DNA of 64,000 nt from Octopus vulgaris (taxonomy: Eukaryota): positions 16,244,001-16,308,000 of the forward strand of contig OX597838.1 in assembly GCA_951406725.2 (NCBI GenBank), in the 5' to 3' direction. The notes beneath the pieces are model-generated. The model was not told the origin of the DNA, ran no database searches, and saw only the letters and a program-made list of their open reading frames with translations. This document shows positions 41,068 through 54,289 of this stretch, piece by piece (position 1 is the stretch's first letter; each line of letters begins with the position of its first letter). The position numbers were made by a program, and so were the translations under genes.

Positions 41068-41325
41068 ATTCTTCTACAATACACAAAATATTTTTACAAT
41101 TTTTTAATACAGCTCATCATCAACATTATACGTCAAATTTTCCATGCTGGCATGGGTTGGACAGCTTGACAGGAACTGGCAAGGCCAGGGACAGCATCAG
41201 GTTCCATAGTCTGTTTTGGCTTGGTATATATAGCTGGATGCCCTTCATAATGCCAACCACTTTACAGAGAGTACTGAGTGCTTTTTACATGACCCAATCA
41301 CCAATGCTTGTCACATGACACCAGC

Positions 41326-41377
<52 letters not shown>

Positions 41378-42568
41378 AATTATTGTATACAGTGCTCAGG
41401 TGCGCCACAACTTGTCAGCATGTAATAATATTTAATATTCCTAATACTATTTAGTTATTAAAATATAATGGAATTTTGTTTTAACATCAAATGGCTACAA
41501 GGGTCCAGTAGAAGAAAACAGGAATCAAAGGAATTCATAAATTTTTTTAAAAATACTCTACAGTATGTAGTTTCAGTTCTCAAAGTCTCAGGTTCAAATC
41601 TCTCCAGAGAAGAGGATTTCAATATTAAGTCTTAGACATCGACAATAGCTGATTCAATCTTTCGTACAAAACTTCGGTCAGCTGCCAATGAAATCATCTT
41701 CAGAGAATTAAGCAAAATATCTTGAGGTATTTGTTCTGACTCTTTACATCCTAAGCTCAATTCCCCCAGAGCTCAACTTTGCCTTTCATCTTTTCTAAGT
41801 TAGTAAAATAAAGTACCAAGTCAAGTACTAGGGTCAATGTACTCAACTAGCCCCTGTGCTCAAAATTGTTGGTCATGTGCCAAAATTTTGAAACAATTAT
41901 TCTTATAATTGCATCAAAATTGTTGGTCATGTGCCAAAATTTTGAAACAATTATTCTTATAATTGCATTATTATTATCATTATTATTATTATTATTATTA
42001 TTATTAAATAAGAGACGGTGGGCTGACAGAATCGTTAGCACACTAGGAAAAATGCTTAGCAGTATTTCATCTGCCACTTCATTCTGACTTCAAATTCCAC
42101 CGAGGTCAACTTTGCCTTTCATCCTTTCAGGGTCGATATAATTAGTACCAGTTGAGCACTGAGGTTGACATAATTGACTAGTTCTTCCCTCATTAAAATT
42201 GCCAACCTGGTGCCAAACCAAAATTAGAAAGAATTATTATAATTATTGATTTTCAAATCCTGCCAAGGTAGCATTATTAGCTTTGCCTTTCAGCCTTCCA
42301 TAATCAAGCAAGTACTGAGATCAATTTAACAAACAGTGCCATATTACTATTAACAATTTGTAGTCTTCCACCTCACTGAGGCAAATTTCGCCTTGCATCC
42401 TTCTTGGGGAGCAAAGTAGCAATAAAATAAAGTGCCATTCAAGTATTGGGGTTGATATAAATCAACTAACTGTGCCTTCCAAATTCCTTTCTGGCCTTGT
42501 GCCATTTGCAAAAAGTTGTCAACATAATTATAAGAACCTCGTCATTTTATTTGATTTTTTTAAATATC

Positions 42569-42744
42569 AGCCACAGGAGTGGCTGTATGGTAAGTAGCTT
42601 GCTAAACAACCACATGGTTCCGGGTTCAGTCCCACTGTGTGGAATCTTGGGCAAGTGTCTTCTGCTATAGCCCCGGGCCGACCAATGCCTTGTGAGTGGA
42701 TTTGGTAGACGGAAACTGAAAGAAGCCTGTCGTATATATGTATG

Positions 42745-42783
<39 letters not shown>

Positions 42784-43002
42784 TTTGTGTGTCTGTGTTT
42801 GTCCCCCTAGCATTGCTTGACAACCGATGCTGGTGTGTTTACGTCCCCGTCACTTAGCGGTTCGGCAAAAGAGACCGATAGAATAAGTACTGGGCTTACA
42901 AAAGAATAAGTCCCGGGGTCGATTTGCTCGACTAAAGGCGGTGCTCCAGCATGGCCGTAGTCAAATGACTGAAACAAGTAAAAGAGTAAAGAGTAAAGAG
43001 TA
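42569..43002 (+). mobile_element. SINE family A copy (young, complete)
   Basis: Head GGAGTGGCTGTATGGTAAG, B box GGGTTCAGTCCC, three AAAGAGT tail units. Confidence 0.85.
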
Positions 43003-44104
43003 TGACTTATTTTTCTTCTGCTCATCATCATCATCATCATCATCATCGTGGTGGTGGTGGTGGTGGTGGTGGTGGTGTAGAAGTAATGGTTGTAAGATCA
43101 ACTAACTAGTGTACTGTTAATCATATCCACCACCAAGTAAATAAGCTAGTCTGTCCAGTTCTAGAATACTGTGGAGGCGTATGTGTCAGTGTATGAGTGG
43201 GTATATGCACGTGTGGTGCATGTGTATGTATGTATATGTGTGTGCATATGTGTGTATGTTAGTGTGTAGGATGTAAATGGAGAGAAATAGGGGAGAAGTA
43301 AGAGATGGGTGGATAAATTGAGAAGAAAATGAAAATGTGAGAAAATATGTGAAAAAAGACAGAATGAGAATGAGGGAGAGAGGGGGAAGGAATTTGAAAG
43401 GGTAAGGGAAGAAGGGTGAGAATAAGAGGAGAGGAAAAGGAGAGACACTGAGAAAACAGAATGGGTGTGGGAGAAACAGGAAGAGTGAGAGAGAAGATGA
43501 GAAGAAGAAGGTGAAAAGAGAAATAAGGAGAAATGAGTGAAGGAAATGAAGAGGTGGGGGGTGAATGGAGAGACTGAAGTGGCTGTGAAGGTGAAGAGAG
43601 AGGGAGGGGAGAGATGGAAGGAGAAGGAGAGAGAGAATGGAAAGCTGAAGGCATGGAAGGAAAAAAAGGGGTAATGGGGACATGAAGATGAAAAACAAAA
43701 AAGGAAAACTGGAAGCATATAGGGAAAGGATAGAAAAATAAGGACAAGGAAGAGAAGGGAAGGGAAAAGCTGGGGACAAAAAGGGAAAAGTGAAGAGTTA
43801 GAGATATGAAAGAAAGGGGAAAATAGGGGACATGGAGAGAAAGGAAAGACTAGGGGCATGAAGCAAGAGAAGGAAAAATATGGGACATTAAGACAGGAGG
43901 GAAAAATGGGGGGGACATGAGGAAGAGAAGAGAAAAACTGGGTCCATGAAGCAGAAGGAAAATATAGGACATTGAGAGGATGGAAAATATAGGACACAAA
44001 AGGGGAGAAGGGAAAAACTGGGGACATGAGATGAGTGGGTGGAAAACAGGTGACATGATGGGAGAGAAGGGAATAAGAGGAAAGAGAAAGAAATGTAGGA
44101 TGGG

Positions 44105-44605
44105 ACATGAAAGGAGAGGATGGAAAACGGGGGACATTACAGGAGAGAAGGGAATAACTGGAGATATGAGGAAAGAGAAAGAAACATGGGAGGTGGGGGC
44201 ATGAAAGGAGAGGATGGAAAACAGGGGACATGACAGGAGAGAAGGGAATAACTGGAGACATGAGGAAAGAGAAAGAAACATGGGAGGGGGGGCTCATGAA
44301 AGGAGAGGATGGAAAAGGGGGGACATGACAGGAGAGAAGGGAATAACTGGAGATATGAGGAAAGAGAAAGAAACATGGGAGGGGGGGCATGAATGGAGAG
44401 GATGGAAAACAGGGGACATGACAGGAGAGAAGGGAATAACTGGAGATATGAGGAAAGAGAAAGAAACATGGGAGGGGGGTCATGAAAGGAGAGGATGGAA
44501 AACAGGGGACATGACAGGAGAGAAGGGAATAACTGGAGATATGAGGAAAGAGAAAAAAACATGGGAGGGGGTATGAATGGAGTGGATGGAAAACAGGGGA
44601 CATGA
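44105..44605. repeat. Purine-rich ~93-bp tandem repeat (5-6 copies) within a 1.5-kb GA-rich tract (43270-44790)
   Basis: GGGGACATGACAGGAGAGAAGGGAATAACTGGAG recurs at ~44130, 44224, 44319, 44412 and 44505. Confidence 0.9.
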
Positions 44606-46103
44606 AGAGAGAGAAAGGGAAAAACTGAGGATATGAAGGGAAAGTCGGGAAAAAGTAGGGATACATGAAGAAAAGGTTGGAAAACTGGGAAAACAAAGGA
44701 AGAAAAAGGAAGCAAATTGATAAATGAAGAAAGACTGAAGAAATGGAGAAATATTTGGAAAAGTGAAGAGAAAATTAAAAAAATGAAAAAAACAAAATAT
44801 TAAAAAAATGTCGAAAACCATTTCTATTACGAGACTGATATTGTATCATAATCATTACCACTACTAGAAAAACCGTGGTTACACTGACGTTGTTGTCGTA
44901 AATTTATGCTGCACAGAATAAGCTTCCCATATGCATCTGGTTGTGGTATATATATGTGTATATATATGTATGTATGTAGGTATATATGTATGTATATATA
45001 TATAATGGGATTTTGTTTTAACATCAAACGGCTACATAGGGTCCAGTAGAATTCAACATAATTCAACATAAACACACACACACACACACACATATCTGTG
45101 CAATTCAACATAAACACACACACACACACACTCATATCTGTGCAATTCAACATAAACACACACACACACACTCAGAAAAATACGTACAGATGTATGCACA
45201 CGAATATGTACAATATGGAAGGAAGATAAAACTGCTTCGACAATCATGTGATGTGTAATGGAGTCAACAAAAGCAGATAAATTTCAGCCACTGCATTTCC
45301 AGATTACAAAAAAACCTATCTTCTGAAACCCCTTCCCAGCTTCCACTTATCGCCCTTCTCTGGTGTGTGTGTCTATATATCTGTATTTACATAAGTGTGT
45401 GGGTGTATAGACACACATGGATAGATAGATAAACAGACACTCAGACAGACAGAGAGAAAGATAGATTCAAGCACACACAGAACATCATAATCATTTCAAC
45501 ATCCACTTTTCCATGGGTCAGATACCATTTATTGTAGCTTATTTTGGTTGGCCCTTTCCGTTGCCAACCCACATCTGTTTCCAAGCAAGGCAATATTTCC
45601 CCCATTGTCAGTTATGTTTTCACAGGATACTGGAAGTGACACTGCTTGCACAACTCACAACTTACCATAACAACTAGGGCTCAATTTTCCCCCACATTAA
45701 ACTCCCATTTGCACACAAAAAACTCTATAAAACATCATTAGTACAGACATGAGTTTTCACACTTGTACACAAATTTTCCCAGATTGTCAAACGGAAAGCA
45801 GATGGTTTTTAACGTCTAAAACCAAAAGTCAAAATTTGTATGCAAAAATATACACAATCAGACTTTTTATAAATAAAATTCAATTTCTCTTTTATTTGTT
45901 TCAGTCATTTGACTGCGGCCATGCTGTAGCACCGCCTTTAGTCGAGCAAATCGACCCTAGGACTTATTCTTTGTAAGCCCAGTACTTATTCTATCAGTCT
46001 CTTTTGCCAAACCGATAAGATACAGGGACGTAAACACACCACCATCGGTTGTCAAGCAATGTTGGGAGGACAAACACAGACACACAAACATATACACACA
46101 TAT

Positions 46104-46134
<31 letters not shown>

Positions 46135-47068
46135 CATAAGTATATATATATATATATATGTACATATATATATATACAACGGGCTTCTTTCAGTTTCCGT
46201 CTACCAAATCCACTCACAAGGCTTTGGTTGGCCCCAGGCTAGAGTAGAAGACACTTGCCCAAGGTGCCACTCAGAACCATGTGGCTGGTAAGCAAGCTAC
46301 TTACCACACAGCCACTCCTATGCGTATTCGAGTACTAGTTTTTATTTGGAATTACAATTTCAATTTCTTGGCAAACTTTCTTCAACCACCAGCATACATT
46401 TGACTATCTCTGATTGTAGATTGAGGACATCCATCTCAACACACATTCCTTTGAAATCATCAGCTTTGATGACTTGGTTATCACAAAGCTCCTACACCAA
46501 CACAAGTAGTATAGAGTTAAACACTTTTCTCCACTCTTAGTCTATTTTCTTTTGGACTCTGTCTCACAAACTTCTTCTGCAGATTCTCATGACTCTCTGT
46601 CATCATTCATCATCATCATCGTTTAACGTCCACTTTCCATGCTAGCATGGGTTGGATGATTTGACTGAGGACTGGCGAACCAGATGACTGCAACAGGCTC
46701 CAATCTGATCTGGCAGAGCTTCTACAGCTGGATGCCCTTCTTAACGCCAACCACTCCGAGAGTGTAGTGGGTGCTTTTACATGCCACTGGCACGAGGGCT
46801 AGTCAGGCAGTATTGGCAATGGCCACGCTCAAATGGTGTTTTTTAGGTGCCACCTGCACAAGAGCCAGTCCAATGGCACTGGCAACGATCTCGCTCAAAT
46901 GTTTTTTCATGTTCCACCGGCACAAGTGCTTGTAAGGCAATGCTGGTAATGATCATGCTCGAATGGTGCCTTTTACGTGCCACCGGCACGGAAGCCAGTG
47001 AGCCACTCTGGCAACGATCACGCTTGGATGGTGCTCTTAGTGCTCCACTAGCATGGATGCCAGTCATC

Positions 47069-47128
<60 letters not shown>

Positions 47129-47624
47129 TATCATCATCATCATCATCATCGTTTAACGTCTGCTTTCCATGCTAGCATGGGTTGGACGGTTCAACTGGGG
47201 TCTGGCAAGCCCGAAGGCTGCACCAGGCCCAGTCTGATCTGGCAATGTTTCTACGGTTGGATGCCCTTCCTAACGCCAACCACTCCTATATATATATATA
47301 TATATATATTGTGTGTGTGTATATATAGAGATTTATATATATATTGTGTGTTTATATATATACATATTGTGTGTGTATGTATTTATATATATATATATAC
47401 ATATATACACACCCACAGCATGGCCGCAGCTATGAAATTACAGAAAAAAACAAACATACACACACACAAATATGGTGTGTGTGTATCATTGGTTTCTTTA
47501 TATATATAAATATGTAAACACACAATATATATATAAATATATATACACACACACACACACACAGAATATATATATAGATACATATATATATATTGTGTGT
47601 GTGTATATTTGTGTGTATGTTTGG

Positions 47625-47663
<39 letters not shown>

Positions 47664-47676
47664 GCATGTGTCGCGG

Positions 47677-47720
<44 letters not shown>

Positions 47721-47925
47721 CCATATTGATAGTTAGCCATATTGAAATGGCAAATATACGTCACGATGTGTTACCGCTACTGTATATAACTCACTATATA
47801 TATATATAAACATAAATAATATTAAGGTAATAAGAATTATAGAAACTATTATTACCAGTGGCCTAGCACAAAAATAGACTATATATTATTCACATAAAAA
47901 ATGTACACAATATTTTTATGTGAAT

Positions 47926-47957
<32 letters not shown>

Positions 47958-48655
47958 CACACACACACATACAAAACACCTTACATACACAGTGAAATGA
48001 ACTCTATGGTTGCATAATCTTTCAACCTTCACAAAGACACAAAGTACAAACAGTTCCAATGTGGTTCAGTTAAGGTCAGAACAAGGAGGCACCATATGAG
48101 ATAACAGACAATACCAAAGACAGCCTTCTATTTATGCCACATACACACATGCCTTCTACAATACCACCGCAGCCAAATAATTCTAGGATTAGAAGTCTTA
48201 CATAGTTTTCCATGTTGGACTTGTGTCAGTCTTTACATTGCGCTCATGCTGGAGCTCTACCTTGTACTCTGGTACTTATTTTTTTAAAGTCTAGTACTTA
48301 TTTGGTATCCATTTCTTGAACTGCTACATTATGAGGAGATAAATAAACCAACACAGGTTGTCAAGTAGTGATGAGTGAGGACAAACACAAATACAAGAAC
48401 CTTCCCCACCTAATGGTGCCACAATTACATTAGAGGTCTTGGGTATCTAAACTCAGCAAAGCCGAACCCTCTTCAAGTTTGAGCACAGCCAATTCCTTCC
48501 TGAGAAAGAGAGGGAGACAGACAGACAGGAAGACAAAAAAAAAATGACTCAGTAATTCACTGGTACTTTATTTCTTAAGCTGAAGGGATGAGAGGCATAC
48601 GGACTCTTGCAAAGAACTCTCCAAAAACAACCGAAGACAAAGTTTATCTCAAATA

Positions 48656-48707
<52 letters not shown>

Positions 48708-50550
48708 ATGCATGTGCATCTGTACACATGCACAGGTACAGGTGTGAATGTGAGGTTAAGGAAGGTAGCTTCCCAACTACATATTTTCAGATTCAGTTCC
48801 ATTGTATAGTGCCTTGGACAAGTTTCTTCTCCTACAGCCTCAGGTTGTCCAAAGTCTTGTGAGAGGATTTTGTAGATGGAAACAGAAAAGAACCCATTGT
48901 GTGTGTATGTGTGTGTGTGTGTGAATGCGTGTTAGTGTCTCCTTGTCTTAATATCGCTTCGTAGTTGTAAATAAGAGTCACCATCCTTTGTTTCCAATCT
49001 TCCGCAAAATCTATAGCTGGCTTTGAGAAAATATTACCTTACTTGGAAACAGGTGAAGAAAGGTGACACGAAGGACATCTGACAATAGGACATCTGCCAC
49101 AATGAATTCCATCCGACTCATGCAAGCATAAAAAAGCAGACACTAAAATGGTTCTGATGATGATATACACACATACGATGAGCTTCCACCACAATATCTA
49201 TCTACCAAGTTCCACTCACAAGGTATCAGTCAACCCAAAGCTATGCCACAACACACTTATCCAAGAAGCCAGGCAAAGAGATCAAACCTAACCTAAAACC
49301 ACATGGCTACAAAGCCAACAAGTTAGCCTTACAGCTTATGCTGGTCCTTGCATGCTATTTGATTTGAAAAATTTTATGAAGTCTTGCCCTCACGCATGGT
49401 CTGCTCAAAAACTCATGATCCATTCAATATTCATATTTGAGGACAGAAAAGAGTTTTAGTCAGGAAATTCTATGCAACAGTGGAGCAATGCTCATGGCTC
49501 CACAAAAGTTTCTCAACTATTTGAAGTAAGACATTAAAAGGGCCATGAAAAGCCTTCTCTACTCCATCACTCATGATCTAAGATTGAATAAATTATCAGA
49601 AGTGTACTATATGTGTATACAACAATGACAAATAATTCACTTTGCTATCACAAGGCCCTAGGTTCAAATCCACTGCATGGGATCTTGCCAGATTTTGTCA
49701 AACCATCCAACTGATGCCAGCATGAAAAAATGGACATTAAATGATGATTATTATTATTATATTATTAAGGTGGCAAGCTAGTCAATGTAGTCAACTTGAT
49801 CCCTATAAATTTCAGGCTTTGGATCTATTATAGAAGGGATAATCATTATTATTAATACCATGAATAGTGGAACAGAGGGTGTTGAACATTAGAAAGAATA
49901 AATCAGATCTGTGTGGTGGTGTTTATGAAATAAACTACATTTAAATAACAATGTACTGTTTTTAAAAGGAGAAAACTTTAATGAATAAATACTATATTCA
50001 CAAAGAGCAATATTATTTCTGAGAAGAAAATGTAAAATAAATTCAGAAAGGAAGACTACATATGAATTAATAACATACTCCCAAGTATATCTAGTATGCA
50101 CATGTATGTTTGTTTGCATGTAGGAGAACATACACAAAACAGTTTAGCCAGGAACAAAATTGTTAGTTCTAATTAAATGATTTTCAGTTAACCCTTTGGT
50201 ATTCAGATTATTCTGTCAAATTTAATGCATTTTCATTCACGTTGCTTTTAATTAATCATGCATTATTTTGTAGCTTTGAAATTTTGATATGATTGTATAT
50301 TTTATAATGGCATTGAAGGGTAAGTGTCATAGGCTAGATCTGGCTGGTTAGAACATAAAACAAGTAACATATTTAGGCTGGATATGGCTAGTTCAAATGC
50401 TACAGGGTTAAACACACAAACACACACAAATAAATCTCTCAAACAAAACTATCCTATCTTTAAAAATTTGCTACAAGTTCAACTATCAGAGAGAAAAGAC
50501 CCAGAACAATAAGCAAAAGAGAAAAGCCAAATAAATGCTGGGGTTTAGTC

Positions 50551-51102
50551 CATTGGTTCTCAACTGGGGTCCATATAAGATTTTTGGGGATCCACACAAC
50601 ACAATTGTAAAATGGAAATCCACAATAGAATTTTAAGGGCCCAGGAAAAAAAATTTTGCTTTAGATGTATGTATTGGTATGTATTGCAAGAAACAGCTGG
50701 TTTTCTTTTTTCAACATTTTACATAGTTCAACCCACACAAGTCAATGGGCAAATATATATTTTGAAAGAACTTTCTTTAAAACTAGATTTTAAAAAATAG
50801 AATGGCTAAGTGTATGTGTGTGTGTAAGTGCAGGCATGGCAGTATGGTAAAAAGCTTGCTTCCCAACCACAAGGTTTCAAGTTCAATTCCACTGCGTGGC
50901 ATCTCAGGCAACTGTCTTCAACTATAGGCTGGGGCTGATCAAAGCCTTGTGAGTAGATTTGATTGAAGGAAACTGAAAGAAGCCTGTCGTATATATGTGT
51001 GTGAGTGTGTGTATGCATATATTTATGTGTGTGTCTTTGTGTCTGAATAAAATAGTAATCAAGGGGATTCATAAACTAAAAAAAACTGTTTGAGAAGCCC
51101 TG
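50551..51102. mobile_element. hAT-type MITE containing a nested family A SINE
   Basis: Termini CATTGGTTCTCAAC ... GTTTGAGAAGCCCTG with a perfect 8-bp TSD GTTTAGTC (50543-50550 and 51103-51110). Confidence 0.85.
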
Positions 51103-52423
51103 GTTTAGTCCTTTTGATACCAACCCACCTGAGATATAAACATCGGTGTGATCTAAGTTATAAATGATATAAATTAAGTGATTTAAATTAAAACCAGCTA
51201 TCTTGAATTTGTGCTAATTTATGTCCTTAATACCTGCTTCATAATGACAAAGTTATTTTAGTAAATTCTTCATTATCTTCAAAATTGATTGAAACAAAGG
51301 TTGCGTACTTCAATAGAAATTTCATAACAAAAGAGTTAAACTTCTAACATAGTAAGCCTCAAGATTTACACAATGGTTTCAGGTGCAACATAACAGAGAT
51401 AATTCTCAGTGCACACACACACACACACACACACTTGCATCTACACATTCAAGAGTATTGATGACTAGTTTATTCCATGAATAACTGAAAAAAAAACAAC
51501 AAAAAACCAATACTGAGGGTGAACTATTGCGTAGTAAACATTTTTTCTTCTTTCACCTGAGTTACTTGTTATTTTCAATATTTCAAAGGTAAATTCCATT
51601 GAATATCATATTTAATTAAAACAATAAGTAAATTAGATCTCTCCTAAAATTCATATTACTCTTAACTGTTTTAGTTGTTTCAGTCATTTGGCTGTGGCCA
51701 TGCTGGAGCACCGCCTATAGTCGAGCAAATCGACCCCAGGACTTATTCTTTGTAAGCCTAGAACTTATTCTATTGGTCCCTTTTGCCAAACTGCAAAACA
51801 CACCAGCATCGCTTGTCAAGCGATGATGTTGGGACAAACACAGACACACAAACATACACATACACACACACACACATATATATATACACATACATATATA
51901 CGACGGGCTTCTTTCAGTTTCCGTCTACCAAATCCCCTCACAAGGCTTTGGTCGGCCCGAGGCTATCGTAGAAGACACTTGTCCAAGGTGCCACGCAATG
52001 GCACTGCGCAGTATGAGTGCCCCATTATACAAGTAATATGCTGCATGAGCCGAGACTCATGCAAGTTTTTGTCTTGAAGTACAAGCGGAAATCCGCAGTA
52101 TGAGCACACGAATCTTTAAGGTAATTCAGTTAATAAAACCAGTTTTACATATTTCTTTTGCATTCTCTTTGTTATAATTGTCGTTTTACTTATAACTACA
52201 CCTTTTCTGTTTTAAAACCCATAAAAAATTATTTTCGAGTGGTTGGTGAGTGGGGGTGCACTGGAATGGATTAATAATATTTTAGCTAATTTCAATGGGG
52301 AAAACTGATTTGTAGAACATGTAAATCGTAAGACGAGCTTGTTCATGGAATGAATTGGAATCATGCTGCAAGGTATCACTGTATATATATATATATATAT
52401 ATATATATGCAAACTTAAGGTAT

Positions 52424-52600
52424 GTTAAAACATGTTTGTGACATATTTCAACTTCTAAAGGCAAATTCATTGCAGTTACCATGGAGAAAAATTTCCTCTT
52501 ATGGTAAAAGGTGTAAAAACATCATAAGACAGAATTTTTCTCCATGGTAACTGCAATGAATTCGCCTTTAGAAGTTGAAATATGTCAAACATATTTTAAC
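52424..52600. repeat. Fold-back inverted repeat with ~78-bp arms
   Basis: TGACATATTTCAACTTCTAAAGGCAAATTCATTGCAGTTACCATGGAGAAAAATT and its reverse complement. Confidence 0.92.
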
Positions 52601-52835
52601 CAACCAAAAGTTCAATTATGCCTAAAGACTGCCAGGTGTTGATACTACTAAATGAATATATATATATATAGCAACACAACTACACGCATGCTGTTGGTAA
52701 TCCCTTTTCCATCTTTGGACTTTTCCTTTTATCCTTTCTGACAAAAAGCTACTGACCATCAAGTTAATACATTCCTTGTGCATGCCCTCTTGTTGTCCGT
52801 TAATTTTATAATTCATTTATCTGAATTGACTATAC

Positions 52836-52890
<55 letters not shown>

Positions 52891-54222
52891 CTACATGCAA
52901 AATTTTCATTTTGGGCTACATTCTAACATAATCTATTCCTTCTTAAATTTGTGCTATTTTTTTACGAAACAAATTTGACAATGCTGTACTATACTCCCAA
53001 GTACTAAGTGCAATAAAATCTGTCACCCAACACCCTGGCTTCTTTCAGCACAGTCCACTCTATTGCAAAGTTTCAGGGCAGGTCTCCAGTTTGCAGCTAT
53101 CTTCCTCCCTCCAACCCAGTTTCAGAGGCCCTGCTTTTATCAATACAAAACAGGCCTTGGACAGGGTTATGAAGAGTGCTGAAACAAACAGCACCACTTC
53201 ACAGCACATTTTGTTTACAAAGATTGTGCAACATGTCAAGAAGTCAGAATGTGTTTAAACAATGGACAACAAATGCACACACACACACACACATACGCAC
53301 ACACACATGTACACACTGAGGTTCAGTTTTACACATGCACAACCCTGCCACACACTCATATATGCATACAGACCAGGAAACTTGAGTAACAGTCAAATCC
53401 GCAGTTTAAATATATAGGAAACCCAACTATAAACCATGTATTGGATACTATTTTTCTTATATTTACAAACTTATGTGTATGTCTCTCTCTCTCTCTCTCT
53501 TGATGGGTGAATGGATGACAAACTTGTAAGTAATGGAACATATGGCCATCTGTAAACAATCATTCAGTTAATGTTTCATGTGTGTATGTGTGTGTGTAAG
53601 TGCAAGCATGGCAGTATGGTAAAAAGCTTGCTTCCCAACCACATGGTTTCAAGTTCAGTCCCACTGCATGGCACCTCGGGTAACTGTGTTCAACTATAAG
53701 CTGGGAATGATCAAAGCCCTGTGAGTAGATTTGATTGAAGGAAACTGAAAGAAGCCTGTCGTATATATGTGTGTGAGTGGGTGTATGCATATATTTATGT
53801 GTGTGTCTTTGTGTCTGTGTTTGTCCCCCCACCATCGCTTGACAATTGATGTTGGTGTGTTTACGCCCCCGTAACTTGGTGGTTCAGCAAAACAGACCAA
53901 CAGAATAAGTACTACGCTTACAAAGAATAAGGCCTTGGGACCGATTTCTTTGACTAAAACCCTTTATGGTGCTGTTCCAGCATGGCCACAGTCAAATGAC
54001 TGAAACAAGTAAAAGAATATAATATATATATATGTGTGTGTGTATATATATATGTATATATGTGTGTGTGTATATATGTATATATGTGTGTGTGTATATA
54101 TATATATATATGTGTGTGTGTATATATATATGTGTGTGTGTATATATATGTATATATGTGTGTGTGTATATATATATGTGTGTGTGTATATATATGTGTG
54201 TATATATATATATGTGTGTATG

Positions 54223-54289
<67 letters not shown>

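Noticed and set aside
43161-44696. 511-aa ORF on the minus strand
   Set aside because: Low-complexity F/P/S/L translation of a CT-rich tandem repeat that lacks stops by composition. Overlapping ORFs occur in several frames.
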